A stretch of DNA of 63,515 bases, filler included, from Octopus bimaculoides (lineage: Eukaryota): assembly GCF_001194135.2 (NCBI RefSeq). It is 7 parts of 7 records of this genome, joined end to end, with 100 filler letters (N's around TTAATTAATTAA, not from the genome) between each part and the next. Parts side by side here need not be neighbours in the genome. Positions count along the whole stretch, not along the records: positions 17,470 to 43,973 come from NC_068981.1; positions 44,074 to 53,419 come from NC_068982.1; positions 53,520 to 62,191 come from NC_069002.1; 4 more parts are not named here. One strand, written 5' to 3'. This document shows positions 40,471 through 53,582 of the stretch, piece by piece (positions within the stretch are counted from its first letter, which is position 1; every line of letters starts with the position of its first letter). The notes beneath the pieces are model-generated. The model was given only the letters and a program-made list of their open reading frames with translations. It made no database searches and was not told where the DNA came from. A program made the position numbers and the translations under genes.

Positions 40471-42989
40471 GCGAGATTTACAGCCGCATAAAATTAGATC
40501 AACTACCACTGTATTATAAATCCCATTTCATTGCGAGTGAAGCTGAATGACTAAACAACATAAAAGATGAAGCTAACTAAATGATCGAGTTTCAGAATGT
40601 AATAGTAGCCATTTTTTATAAATCATAAGATAATGTTTTGAAATAACTGTATCATATTCCGGAAAGCATCAAAGACAGAAGCAATAATCTTCACGGCTAA
40701 TTATTGACTTTCTAGTCACTACTGTTCTCTTCAATTGAAAAAACAAACCATTGAATATTTTCCAGTGAAGTGGATGAAAGAAATATATTTAAGATTATGA
40801 ATAAAAAGGCTCTTTATTAAAAATAACGAATACAAGTTACAAAATTTATATCATTTAGTAAAGGCTCTGGAAGTGGAAAAGTGGTAATACGAATTAGTTA
40901 AAACAGAGCTCGGTAAAAAAAAAAATGGATTGATTGAACATAGAGATGAAAGTGGAATGCATTCTAGCATGCATTTTAGAATATTGTCAAATGCCACAAA
41001 TATCTGGTCTGATCAATAACGTAATTTAATATTCTATTCTACAAAGCAGCTTATAAATTCTAAAGCATTACATACCATTTTAGCGACATGACAGAAAGAA
41101 TTATTGAAGTAACGTAGCCTGGTAAAAAATAAAAAAAAGATGTTTAATCAATACCGGAGCTTCTTTAAAGTCTATATGATGACCGCCGAACCCTCTCATA
41201 GTATATTTCCTGAAACTTTTTACTGCATTAATTTTAGCAAAATATCATTAGAAAAAAATATTATCTGCAACTACATGCTAAATTCATTGTGGTCATTTCT
41301 GATTCTGCTAAAATTCTTGCTAACAACTAATGACATATTCAGAAAATTATTTCAGATCCACCTGATAAAAAATTATGGTTTCTTTCTTCTTAAACAGGTG
41401 CCCGTAACCATGATGGCTAAAACAAATTAAAGAATTAACAAGATACAACATCCTGTATTTTAGAGGAAAATGAATTTAGAATATTATAAAGGCTTGTTCT
41501 GAAGGTAGCGAGCTGGCAGAATCGTTAGCACGGCGGGAGAAATACTTGGCGGCATTTCGTCTGTCTTAACGTTCTGAATTCAAATTCCACCCAGGTCGAC
41601 TTTGCCTTTCATTCTATTGCGTTCGATAAAATAAGTACCAGATGAAAAATGAGGTCATTGTAATCGTCTCAAAATTGCTGACCTTGTGTCAAAATTTGAA
41701 ACCAATGTGGTAAAATTTTGTGCTAGATGAAGGCGGTGAGCTGGTAGACTCGTTAGTACGTCGGACAAAGTGCTTAGCTGCATTTCTTCCGGCTCTTTAC
41801 GCTCTGAGTTTAAATCCTACCAAGGCCAACTTTCGAAGTCAACACAATAAATTACAAGTCAAAAACTGGGGTCGATGTATCGCTTGTCCCCTCCGCTCAA
41901 AATTGCTGGCCTTGAAACCCTACAACGGAGTAATGTTCTGTTCAGGGTAGGGGAATGTTCAAGCAATCGGCTTTTTGAGTCCTAGTGTTCAAGAAAAATT
42001 TTTGCTAAAATTAGCTAGGTAAGTGGTGTGAAACACTTTCATCAGGAATCGAAACTGTATCGAGATCTCTGCTTGTTGGAAGTTACCATTTGCATTCCAA
42101 AGTTTGCCACCAACAAAGAGGAGATAGGGCTTCATTCGCTCTATGATTAATTAATGAGCGCCGTAAATATGAATGCCAACTCCTGGCGACCGCGTTTCGA
42201 TTCCCAGTTTCAGCAGTTTCATTAATGTATACTGCTCACAATCCTCATCTCTATTTTTTGATTTAATAGAACTTAGTCGCCTGTTAATTCCGTCCAATTT
42301 ACATGTAAATAGATAATCAAAATGTCCTCCAATTTGATCAAAGCATCACATAGTTATAAAGGGAGCGAAATAAGTGTGTAACATTTGTGACTTTCATTAG
42401 GACGCTAACGCCGTAAATCAAGCTGATTGATTTTTACCAGAAATCAAAACTTCCTCAAGGATTCGGTTCACTTTCATTTGACTTCTTACTGTACAGTGTT
42501 CTCCACCGTTGTTGTAATGTAGATTTCTTTTGACTTGGCACCAGACCTTGTATTGACTGATGAATAGAAGTAGGAACTGTTGAAACGTTGATATCTTTCA
42601 GAAGTGCATTGTCGGCATAAGTGAATTACTTGAATCTAAAACGGCCTTTACTCCTCGGAGCTGATTGGTCTCATACCTCAACCACTCAGGCACCCCTTAC
42701 TCACACATCTTTCCAGTAGTTGCCCATGCATACCAGCCTCTCCTCTCCACGCCACTTATCCAAGAGAAAGGTAAAGGCCGATACAGCTTGGCACCAGTGC
42801 TATCACATCTCATTTCTACAGTTGAGTGAACTTGAGCAACATGAAATAAAGTGTCTTGCTCAAGAACGCAAGATACAGCTCGGTTCGGGAATCGAACTCA
42901 CTACCTCATGATTGTGAGCCCGATGCTCTCTGAATAAATCACATACATGAATAGAGTAATAATATATACATACCTGAGCTTGCAGAAGT

Positions 42990-43302
42990 GAAGGTGCAAT
43001 AGCCCAGTGGTTAGTGCAGCGGACTCACGGTCGGAGGATCGCGGTTTCGATTCCCAGACCGGGCGTTGTGAGTGTTTATTGAGCGAAAACACCTAATCTC
43101 CACGAGGCTCTGGCAGGGGGTGGTGGCGACCCCTGTTGTACTCTTTCGCCCCAACTTTCTCTCACTCTTTCTTCCTGTTTCTTGAGTAACGCTGCGATGG
43201 ATTGGCGTCCCGTCCAGCTGGGGGGAACACATACGCCATAGACACCGGGAAACTGGGCCCATGAGCCTGGCTAGGCTTTGAAAGTGCGAAAAAAGAGAAA
43301 AA
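42990..43302 (+). repeat. tRNA(Arg)-like SINE nested in another SINE with a 12-bp TSD
   Basis: A and B boxes with anticodon loop tc-ACG-gt. The direct repeat gagcttgcagaa occurs at 42976-42987 and 43303-43314. Confidence 0.8.
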
Positions 43303-43770
43303 GAGCTTGCAGAAACGTTTGCACGCCGGGTGAAATCCTTAGCAGTATTTCGTCTGTCTACGTTCTGAGTTCAAATTCCGCCGAAGTCGACTTTGCCTTT
43401 GATCTTTTCGGGGTCGATAAATTAAATACCAGTTGCGTACTGGAGTCGATCTAATCTACTGGCCCCCTCCCCCGAAATTTCGTTCCTTGTGCCTAGAGTA
43501 GAAAAGAATATATACGTACTCTCTCGAATAGGATTGACTCTGGTTAATTAACGAAATGTTTTAGTTATATCAAGGATATTTGCGATTTACACTGATTTTA
43601 TCTTTTCAATGATAACAGAATATACAGGCACAGACGAAGCTGTGTGGTGAAGAAGCTTGCTTCTCAACCACTATGCGGCACCTTGGGCAAGTATCTTCTA
43701 TTATAGCCCCGGCCGATCAAATTTTCTGAGTGGATCTGATAGACGGAAACTGAAAGAAGCCTGTCATATA

Positions 43771-43801
<31 letters not shown>

Positions 43802-44092
43802 TTGTCCCTCACCACTGCTTGACAACTGGTGTTTGGTTTGCTTATGTCCTCGTAATTTAACGGTTTGGTAAAAGAACCTATAGGCTCGTGATGGTTTTCA
43901 GACAGAATACTTAATCCTCGAACATCAGTATTAGATGCATCATGAAGGCGGCGAGAAGTCAGAATCGTTAGCGNNNNNNNNNNNNNNNNNNNNNNNNNNN
44001 NNNNNNNNNNNNNNNNNTTAATTAATTAANNNNNNNNNNNNNNNNNNNNNNNNNNNNNNNNNNNNNNNNNNNNAGATAGAAGTTGTTTCCTG

Positions 44093-44386
44093 TTTGTTTG
44101 CAGTCTTTATTGCACCTGAACATCTGCCACAAACAAAAACTAACTTGCTAGTTAACCTGCCTTTGATGTTGCTGCACCTCTTATGTGTCCATAGCTTGCA
44201 CCGGGTACATCTTATAGAGTTACTACCTACTCCTTTTCTACATACTGAGCAGGGCCATCTACCTGAAGGGGTTTGTGTTTTATCTACCTTCCTACTTATT
44301 AGGATTTTGGTTTTAGCTAGGTTGACTCTAAGGCCCTTCAATTCTAGACCTTGCTTCCACACCTGAAACTTCTCCTCTAGTTCTGA
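44093..44386 (-). mobile_element. RTE-clade LINE RT fragment with a Cys-rich (PHD-like) insertion
   Basis: ELEEKFQVWKQGLELKGLRVNLAKTKIL (post-YADD RT region) is followed in frame by CSVC-x9-RCTRCKLWTHKRC-x12-FVCGRC. Confidence 0.8.
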
Positions 44387-44572
44387 TATATATATATACA
44401 TACATACATACATAGAGAGAGCGAAAGACAAATATACGCAACCATAAACACATATGCAAACACACAAACACACATATCGTCACTTATGCACATAAACTGA
44501 ATATATTGATTGAAACACAGATGTTGAAGCGAAAATGCCAATTCCAAAAGCAGACAATTCACACTTACTGAC

Positions 44573-44755
44573 CTTTTCTGCTGAGAGTAGAGTAGCAGAT
44601 GTAAGAAGTGGTAATTGTGGTGCACTTGAGTCAAGACCAAGTCTAGCAGACATTAAATCCTGCAGCACCTCAAACCTCAAAGTGTTATGAGACTGAAGAG
44701 AAGCAAAAGTTTCTTTATTTGAAAGAAAATCCGTTGGATCTTTATCAAGTGCAGC
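44573..44755 (-). CDS. HLCS: HLCS next coding exon (61 codons, AALDKDPTDF...NTLRFEVLQDLMSARLGLDSSAPQLPLLTSATLLSAEK)
   Basis: Acceptor tttttgTAG and donor AAG|GTCAGT. The 183-nt exon is phase 0/0, compatible with the preceding exon. It resembles human [37 protein letters not shown]. Confidence 0.85.
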
Positions 44756-45139
44756 CTACAAAAACAAAAAAAGCAGAAAAATATAACAACAATAACAACA
44801 ACAACAACAACAATAATCATCATCATCATCATCATCAACAGCAGCAGCAGCATATCAATAGTTTCAAAGTTTGGCACAAGGCCAGCAATTTCGGGGACAA
44901 GTTAATAGTATTATTAAGCGTTCAACCGTACTTACCTTATTGACCCTGATAGGATGACAGGCAAAGTCGACTTTGGCAGAATTTGAACTGGGAACGCGGG
45001 AACAGATGAAATGCTGCTAAGCGCTTTGCCCAATGTGCTAATGATTCAACCAGCTCACCACCTTGTTGATGATGATGATGATGAGAAGACAAGCTAGTCA
45101 AATGGTAGTTCAGTACCTGTAGAGTTTACTTTGAACAGG

Positions 45140-45830
45140 TAATCACCCCTCAGTAGCACTGCCAGGCCAGGGACATTTTGGAAGTTATTTATCGGGGCCT
45201 CTAGTCTGAAATTTCCTCAAAACAGACAAGCAGAGGTTTCCTGAGAATATCACCACTCTCCTCTTCCACTAACTCTCTACCAGTTGCTAGCATTAGAACT
45301 TCTGCTGATCGCGTCACCTGATGGATAGAGGGCTGCAAGCACCTGGTAACACTATAAGTACCAAGCACCCAGTCTTGGTCTTTGTTGGTTGAAGCAAAGA
45401 CCCAGAGTCTGTCAAAGCTGAAATGCATGTTTAAATATCAGCACCCATGGCATGCCAAACTGACCACAGCAAGGGAGCTGGGAGCAGATAGATTACCTGA
45501 CTAGAAGAACATGTCTCATCCATAAAGAATCAGAGATTAAGTGCTCTAATCTGGTCAGGCAGAAACTGAGGCAAGGCATGATGGTAATCAGGTAAACAAT
45601 GATGGAAGTGATGTAAACATTCACCATCACTGACCAACTTTTCAGGGATAGCTTACTCTCAGTCCATTTTTGAAAGTGACTGACCACCTTGTTCATCCTC
45701 CATCTCAGTCCTGGAAGTCTAGAACTAATCAGACCCCAAGTAACCAGTCTGTTGGTCCAACACCCTAAGGCATCATTCAGGGACATGGACTTGCCTCTGC
45801 AAGTGCCGAGCAGCCAGTCCAATGCCTTAC
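45140..45830 (-). mobile_element. L1/Tx1-like LINE fragment in the HLCS intron
   Basis: KWTESKLSLKSWSVMVNVYITSIIVY...LTRLEHLISDSLW is homologous to the 39.1-39.3 kb segment. Confidence 0.65.
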
Positions 45831-47048
45831 AAATGTAACATAATAATTTCAGTTGAAAATATAAATTATTTGAAAAACCTACACCAATTGAGAAAGTTTG
45901 GTGAAGTGAAAAAATAGACAAAAAACAACCAGTGAAGTGTGTTTGTAAGCCTTAATAATATAACTCTTTGAAGGTACCAGGCTAGCAGAATCATTACTGT
46001 GCTAGATGAAATGGTTAATGGCATTTTTTCTGACTTTACTTTCTGAGTTCAAATTCTGACAGGGATGACTTTGCTTTTCATCCTTTCAGGGGTGATAAAA
46101 TAAGTACCAGATGACAGCTGGGGTCAATGTAATTGAATTATCACCACCCCCACAACAAAATTGCTGGCCTTGTTCCGAAATTTGAAACCAATAAAGCAAT
46201 ATGGTTTTCCCCCCTAACAGTAGTCTCTTTATCTCACTCAATCTCTGTTAATGGCTACTGAAGATTATAACAAATTCTCTGCAACAAACAAGCTTGCCTC
46301 AGTCTAATAAACTTTTGTGAAAGAAAATACCCAGGTTCAGTAATTCTCAGATAAGTCAGCTGTGGTAAACAGATCCAATGCTTTTCCAAAGATATCAAAT
46401 TTAACAGTTATTTTAGAGTTGAAGCTCACAACCAACTGAACAGCTGTGATTTCACATTGTTTTGTGAATTTGAAATGTGATAAGCAAGAAGCTTCTCACG
46501 TAAGAAAAACTCAGAGAATTAAAAGCTTTCCTTAAAGAAAGAAAATAAAATGAAATAAAGCAAGAATTGGTATGGCTGTGTAGCTGAGAAGGTCACTTCA
46601 CAACCAGGTTTCTTGGATCAATCCCAACACACAATACTATGAGCAGGTGTCTTTTAGCATATTCTCAGGTTGATCAATTCCTTGTGGGTGGAATTTTGGA
46701 CATGGAAAAACTTGTTGCACATGCACATATGATGATGATGATGGCTGTCCACTTATTACTGAGGAAGACCATCACTGACCACTGTCCCATGCAAAATGCC
46801 CATGCATGAGATTATTGCACCAGCAGTTGGCTTCACCTGAGTTCACGTCTGTGGCTTCCTAGCTCAATGCAGTGACCTCCTACTCGACCAGGCATTGGAT
46901 AGTCACCTCACTGACAATTACAGAACCTTAAGTTTTAGGTCCAATAAGGCTTGCGCATCACTTTGCAGATCCTTTCTACCCCACTGGCATGATCTAGAAA
47001 CAAGCCGGGGCAAGATAGCCAGTGCCAATATGGGTTGCAGGCTCAGGA

Positions 47049-47089
<41 letters not shown>

Positions 47090-47163
47090 NNNNNNNNNNN
47101 NNNNNNNNNNNNNNNNNNNNNNNNNNNNNNNNNNNNNNNNNNNNNNNNNNNNNNNNNNNNNNN

Positions 47164-47208
<45 letters not shown>

Positions 47209-47513
47209 ATATATATACACATATCTATAGCATAAAGTCATTAGATGCAACAGGTGAAGATTTACTTTTCCCATATGGCTTCCATATGATTACAGCCATT
47301 TTCTAACCGTCTTCATGAAGTATTCATTTCAATATGCAAAAATTGTGCAAAAATTATACATACATGCTTGCATCAATATGTATGGTCAGAGTTATACAAT
47401 AAAATTGTATTTTCACAAATTAATGCAAATAAAGAAAACTTTCTTTTTTGTTGCCAACAGAAAATAATAATAATAAGAAAAAAATTCTCAAGGAAATAAA
47501 AATGAATTCTTAC

Positions 47514-48083
47514 CTGAGATAATACTAAGATACCATTTTCAAAATTGCTCATAGATATTACCAAAGGTAGTTTGGGTTCATTTTCTTGCTTTCCTAGGAC
47601 ATTGAAAGGTACAAGAGATAACTTTGAAGATGTCAGAGAAACATCAGGTATTACTGGAACCATCATAACTTTGCCTTGGTATTCCATTTTTGTAAAGCTC
47701 CAAGTAAAGCTGGAATTATGAGCTGAAGCTTTTCTTTCAACAAAATCAAAATGTAAAATGGATGCTCCAAAACAGAGAACTTTCCCTCCTGTAGCAAGAT
47801 ATTTTTGAATAAGCTCCGACAAGACATTATTTGGTTCTTGTTCATTGCAGTCAGAAGAGACAATGAGTAATTCTGTATTGTGTTCCCAAGGGTCGCTAAA
47901 CAATTGGTTTGGTTTCAGGTGGTATATTAAATACCGGTCAGTATTAAGACAAAGACACAAGATGGATTTAAGCTTCTCAAAATTTTTATCAGCCTCGGCT
48001 AAGCTTGTCTCTTTACTGCTGCAATAAATATTAATGACTGGTGGCTTTGATGGTTTATCCAAAGGAAGAGAAAAGTCAGACAT
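47514..48083 (-). CDS. HLCS: Holocarboxylase synthetase (biotin-protein ligase), first visible coding exon (190 codons, N-terminal domain)
   Basis: The peptide KPPVINIY...LNTDRYLIYHL...DPWEHNTELLIVS...KYLATGGKVLCFG...GILVLSQ parallels human HLCS KPPNILIY...YILYHL...DPWTDNCLLLVIA...YLSQGGKVLGL...GEAVLCQ (recalled from memory). The start context is aaaATG at 48083. The exon ends phase 0 at CAG|GTAAGA (GT at 47513-47512). Confidence 0.9.
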
Positions 48084-48201
48084 TTTGGATCGATAAGTTG
48101 ATTATTTATAAATCCAGAAATCCTGGATTTCTTTCGTTTTGTATATCAAGCCACAGAACTAGATATAAATAGTTTATTGTTTATTTGTGATATGATTAGA
48201 C
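48084..48201 (-). other. HLCS: Probable 5' UTR part of the HLCS start-codon exon
   Basis: Acceptor tcttttcAG at 48203-48202. An in-frame TAA lies 7 codons upstream of the ATG, with no AG between them. Confidence 0.55.
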
Positions 48202-50236
48202 CTGAAAAGACAACAACATCAGAAAATGAAAATGTTGATAAGATAGATTAGTATCAATGTAATCATTGAAATTTTTCTGATTCTTGTTATTTAAGTAATT
48301 TTGTCAAAAAACATAATGGCAAATGAAAGAAGACAGAAGTGGAGTAGACTCAACAGGCCAGATTATAACAAAATGTTAAAAGGGAGACATATGTCATGTT
48401 AGATAATGGTGTACTCAGGAGAATAGTCAGAAAACAAATATTGAAAACGACAATAAAAACATGCAATCAAAAACAAAAATATCAAAAAGAAAATAATAAA
48501 TGTGAAATACAAGTGAAATAAGCTGCATTTGTTAGGCCCTGACGAGATTAAATTTAATATTTCAATTAAATTTTTTCAGGAAATTTGGCCACTGAATTAG
48601 TGTAGAAGATAAAATATTTATTTCTCATTTCTTCAGTTCAAAATAATGTCACAAACCAAAAGAAAAGAATAATAAATTCCTGTAAAATATAACCTTTCAA
48701 GTCTAAGGAAATTAAAATTTGTTTTTATAAATAAAATTAAATATAGAAACATTTTCATGAACCAGCACAAATAAGAATGGGAAAAACTGGTGATAAGAAT
48801 GTTTGAAGTAGATTATAAATTCTTCATAGATTAATTCATATCTTTAAGGTAAAATATCTTTCTCTTCATTATATCTTTGTTTTGATTACACTGACCTAAA
48901 TTTTGGGACTCGCATTCCTATCTTCCTCTCCAATTCACTCTCCTTCCTTTCCCAACTGGGGTATTCATGTATTTACTCTACAGTAAAACACCCTTATCTG
49001 TCCTTCCCTCAACTGGCACAAAGCCACTCCCCATTTCTCAGTTGAGGGTTTTTTTGTTTTGCAAAGTACTTGATGACTTTGCTAGTGCTATGTAAAAAGC
49101 ACTGGTGATGGTGCCATGTAAAAAGCACTGGTGCTGGTGTCACATAATAAGCACCCAGTACACTCTGTAAAATGACTGGCACTAGGAAGAGTAACATCCA
49201 ATCTTGCCAGCTCCTGTTAAAGCATCCAACATGGATGTTGAATGATGATGATGATGATGATGATGATGAATGTGTCTGTCTGTCTGTCCAACAATTTTGA
49301 TATCCTCTTTGTGAATTTATTTGCTTTTCTCTCTCTTATATCAACATCTGTGATTACCATAACAGCAATAATATACTTACAACAAAAATAATATAAGAAT
49401 TAATGAGGTTGTTATGGACATTTGTATATTGAATCTGATGCATGTTTTACTTGGAGTCCATCTTATTTTGAATTCCAATCAATCATCAAATATATATTCC
49501 CCTGACCTTCATGTCTCATTTCCATCAAACAATTCTAGTTAGGTTCCACTTCTCTTAACATCAAGTCTAATGTTTATAATCTTCTTCCCTGGAAGATACT
49601 CACAAACGCAATTTCAAAACTTAATGAAAGCATCTGATGGTATTTTAAAACTTTTTTCTTTAATTTCTCTTTAAATTATTTCAGCTTTAAAGCTGTGGCC
49701 ATGTTATTTGTAATATATAGCTAATTTAATCATCATCATCATCATCATCATTTAATGTCCATTTTCCATGCTGGCATGGGTTGGATGGTTTGACTGGAGC
49801 TAGCAAGCCAGAGGACCTCGCCAGACTCCAATTGTATATTTTGACATAGTTTCTATGGCTGGATGCCCTTTCTAATGCCAACCACTTTACAGAGTGTACT
49901 GATGCTTTTTGGCACCACACAAAAAAGCATGCGTGCTGGTGCCATGAAAGGATATCCCAGAAAATACTTTGCATAACAGAATTAAATACTAACCAAACAT
50001 CTAATTCAATTTCAGATATAGTTTTTAAGATTGTTGTCTTTAAGAACTGCAATGGTGTCTTAAAAACTGCAACAAAAACTCATCATCCACCGGAGCAGTT
50101 TTCTGAGTAAAATGATGTTGCAATCCTGCTGCTTTGTAAACATAGAAAACATGGAAATTTCATAAAACCAAATTGGAGTTCAATTCTGACTTTTTAAATT
50201 AGTTCATAGGAACCAATTAAACATATGATAATTTAC

Positions 50237-50468
50237 CATTCTTTTGCAGAAGTTGCAAACTTAGAAGTGTGTGGGATATCTATATAAAAGATCATGGTTA
50301 TATATGATGTCAATTGCTTTTAGGCTGCTCTTTAAAGCATCAACAAACAACATCCATTTAACTTTTTCCATTCCAAATAGTTTAAATAGGTTTTGGCTAT
50401 TTTTCGATATTGTGCCAAAACTGTCCACTTCAAGTTTATTTGTTTGTTTGATCTTGATACCATGAAAC
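50237..50468 (-). other. Candidate upstream non-coding HLCS exon
   Basis: Unique-looking sequence bounded by ccaatttAG (50470-50469) and AATG|GTAAAT (50236). All three frames contain a stop. Splice signals are the only support. Confidence 0.3.
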
Positions 50469-52361
50469 CTAAATTGGAAATGATATAAAAATATATTTTT
50501 TAAATAGTTTTTATGTTGGTCTTCAAATAATATAGATTTAATCAATAATTCAGCACCAGACAAGTACTGAGTTGATTAAATCCACAACATTCTACAAAAT
50601 TTATAGACTTGTTCCAATGAAATAAAGAAACCGGACAAAATGGTAAGAGGCATTTCATCTGTCTTTACATTCTGCTGAGGCCAACTGCCTTTCATCCCTT
50701 TCAGGGTCAATAAAATAAGTACCAGTTAAGTACTGGGGGTGTGTGTGTTAATATCATTGACTTATCCCCTCCCCTCAAAAACTGCTGGCCATGAGCCAAC
50801 ATTAGAAACCATTATTGATACAGAAATAAACTTTAGACATTATCTCCTATAATGCTGATACAGAATATCAAAATGAACATTTTCCAATTTCCATTGATTG
50901 AAAGAAAGGAAAATGTAATCTGCTAATGGGGGCACAAATTAATTTAAGAGCCATTCTCAAATAAAGTACCAGAATGAAAAAGATAGTCTACAATTATATT
51001 TAAAATTGTTTAGAACATTTAATTAATACAATTAAAAACAAATGTTGAGAGGCTAATCATCATCGTTATCGTTTAATATCTGCTTTCCATGCTGGCATGG
51101 GTTGGATGGTATAAATTCTGTGACATAGAGGTGTACTATTACTTTGTGAGATGAAATTCTGCTAGGATTGATCTTGACTGGCTTCCTTGGGATGGAATCG
51201 GTTGACCACACAACTTCTAAACAAATGTCTTTGTACAAAGATATCAATTTCAACATACACAAACATATTGTCATTATTGTATTAACCTGAATTCCATAAT
51301 GACATGGGTGGATAAAACTGTCACAGAATGTCTCACCAAATGTTCTTGTCATTTCTTCTGTGAAGACCAGCATTCAGAGATTTCTCATCACAGCTTCTTC
51401 ATGGATTCTTGGAACATTTTTATGCAATGTTTGCAGTGCATCTCCACTTTAGTGAAATTATTTCTTACAAAGGTTTCATAGAATCTGCTTTTCACCAAAA
51501 GAAAGAATTTCATTGATGTCAATGAATGATCTCTTGGACAACTTTCCATCCTTTTCTTATTCTAGCTTTTGGTTCCAGCATCTCCAGCCCTAATTAAATT
51601 AATTACGTTACAGAAGCCATCAACTTTGTACAGTGAAGTTTCTCTACTTCAAATCATGGATGCTTCTACTTTTGTGCATTGATCATATCCCAAACCTGGG
51701 TTGTCTATCAGCCAGAGACCTAACTGCATTTCAGTGAACCTATTCTTCCCACTAAGTAGCTAATCTCATGGATTATCTATTACCTTCCTATATATTAAGC
51801 AAAACCACTTTGCTCATTTCCCAAACACTCTACTTTTTCAATACCCTCAGGGATCATTCCACTGCCCCAGGGACACTTGTTATTGACCCCTGTCATTCAC
51901 TTGTATCCTTCACCCACCCCTATTCCTGTCAATCCTTTTCACTCATTTACTTAGTTTCCATCAACTTTGGTAGTTCATCAAATACTGCCCTTCCCCTTTA
52001 CTTCTTCTCCCTCACCACATACTCCTAACATGTAATTTTTCCACAGACACTCATGGAAGACATGTATTGAACATCCTCCCTGCTGAAGATGCTGCTTAAG
52101 CATTAGTATGCTCTTTACTAGATTACATTCTATTCACTAATTCATGTCTTCAAATCTTATTTCACACATTCAATCATTTACTTCAAAATTTCACCTTCTC
52201 TCACCTTATTCTTTCTATTTCACTTTATTGTATTTTCATTTTATTTCATTTAAACTCCTCTTTGTTGTATTTCTCCACATTTATAATTATTTTGCATTAT
52301 CTGTTCACATACCTTATTACTCTATTAGTAACAGGTTTTGATAAGCATATACATATGTATG

Positions 52362-52413
<52 letters not shown>

Positions 52414-52685
52414 TATATAATCATTAAAGTCTGTTTTCCATGCTGGCATGGGTTGGATGGTTTGACAGGAGCTAGGAAGCCAGATGACTGCACCAGACTT
52501 GACTGTCTGTTTTGGTATGATTTCTACAGCTGGATGCCTCTCCTAATTCCAACTACCTTACAGAGTGGACAGTGTGCTTTTTACGTGGAACCAGCTCTGG
52601 CAGGGTCACACTTATGGATTCTGGAAGATATGGAACACATCAGACAAGCTTTGATGAGGGGTCTGAATAGCTCTGCTTGGAGGCA

Positions 52686-53160
52686 TTCCATTGAACTTGG
52701 CATCAGTAAGGCGTATTTTGCATGAAGACCTGCATTTCTGCCCATACAAATTGTTCATTGGGCAACAGTTGAAACCATGGGACTATGCACAGTGGCTTCA
52801 CTTCACACGTCAGATGGAAGCAATTTTCGAGGCAAATGACAACATCATTTTATTAATGAGTGATGAAGTGCATTTTCATCTCAATGGCATAGTGAATCAA
52901 GAGAAGGCAGCTATTCATGTGGAAGTCGCCCAAATCAACAGAGCAATGCTGGAGAGAGTGGAGGCCAACTTCCAAGATCGCCTTTAGAAATGCATCAACA
53001 AAGATGGACACCACATGATGGATGTTGTTTTCCACACTTAATTTTGACAAATAATAATTGAATACAAACACATTGATGTCAATAAAATCTGTTTGCTGCT
53101 AAAATTAATGATTTTGTGAATTTCTCACAAACGTCCGTCCTCTTTGCCGCACTCTGTATA
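52686..53160 (+). mobile_element. Internally deleted Tc1/mariner-superfamily transposase fragment with 3' end
   Basis: SVRRILHEDLHFCPYKL...LLMSDEVHFHLNGIVN joined to LERVEANFQDRL*.CI..DGHH. It ends in ctgtata followed by tacaccctgtata repeats. Confidence 0.75.
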
Positions 53161-53519
53161 TACACCCTGTATATACACCCTGTATATACACAATCACTCA
53201 CATACTCTTTTACTTGTTTCAGTCATCTGACTGTGGCCATGCTGGAACACCATCTTTAGTTGAAAAAAAACAACCCCAGGACTTATTCTTTGTAAGCCTA
53301 GTACTTATTCTATCAGTCTCTTTTGCCGAACCACTAGGTTTTGGGGACGTAAATACACTAACATTGGTTGTCAAGCAAATACACACACACATATATATAT
53401 ATATGTATATATATATATANNNNNNNNNNNNNNNNNNNNNNNNNNNNNNNNNNNNNNNNNNNNTTAATTAATTAANNNNNNNNNNNNNNNNNNNNNNNNN
53501 NNNNNNNNNNNNNNNNNNN

Positions 53520-53582
<63 letters not shown>

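Noticed and set aside
42300-42640. FTYADNAL on the minus strand, reminiscent of an RT YADD motif
   Set aside because: No further recognisable RT motifs are present, so it is too degenerate to annotate.
51100-51700. Possible decayed mariner transposase on the minus strand
   Set aside because: Only vague resemblance, with no TIR or intact motif.
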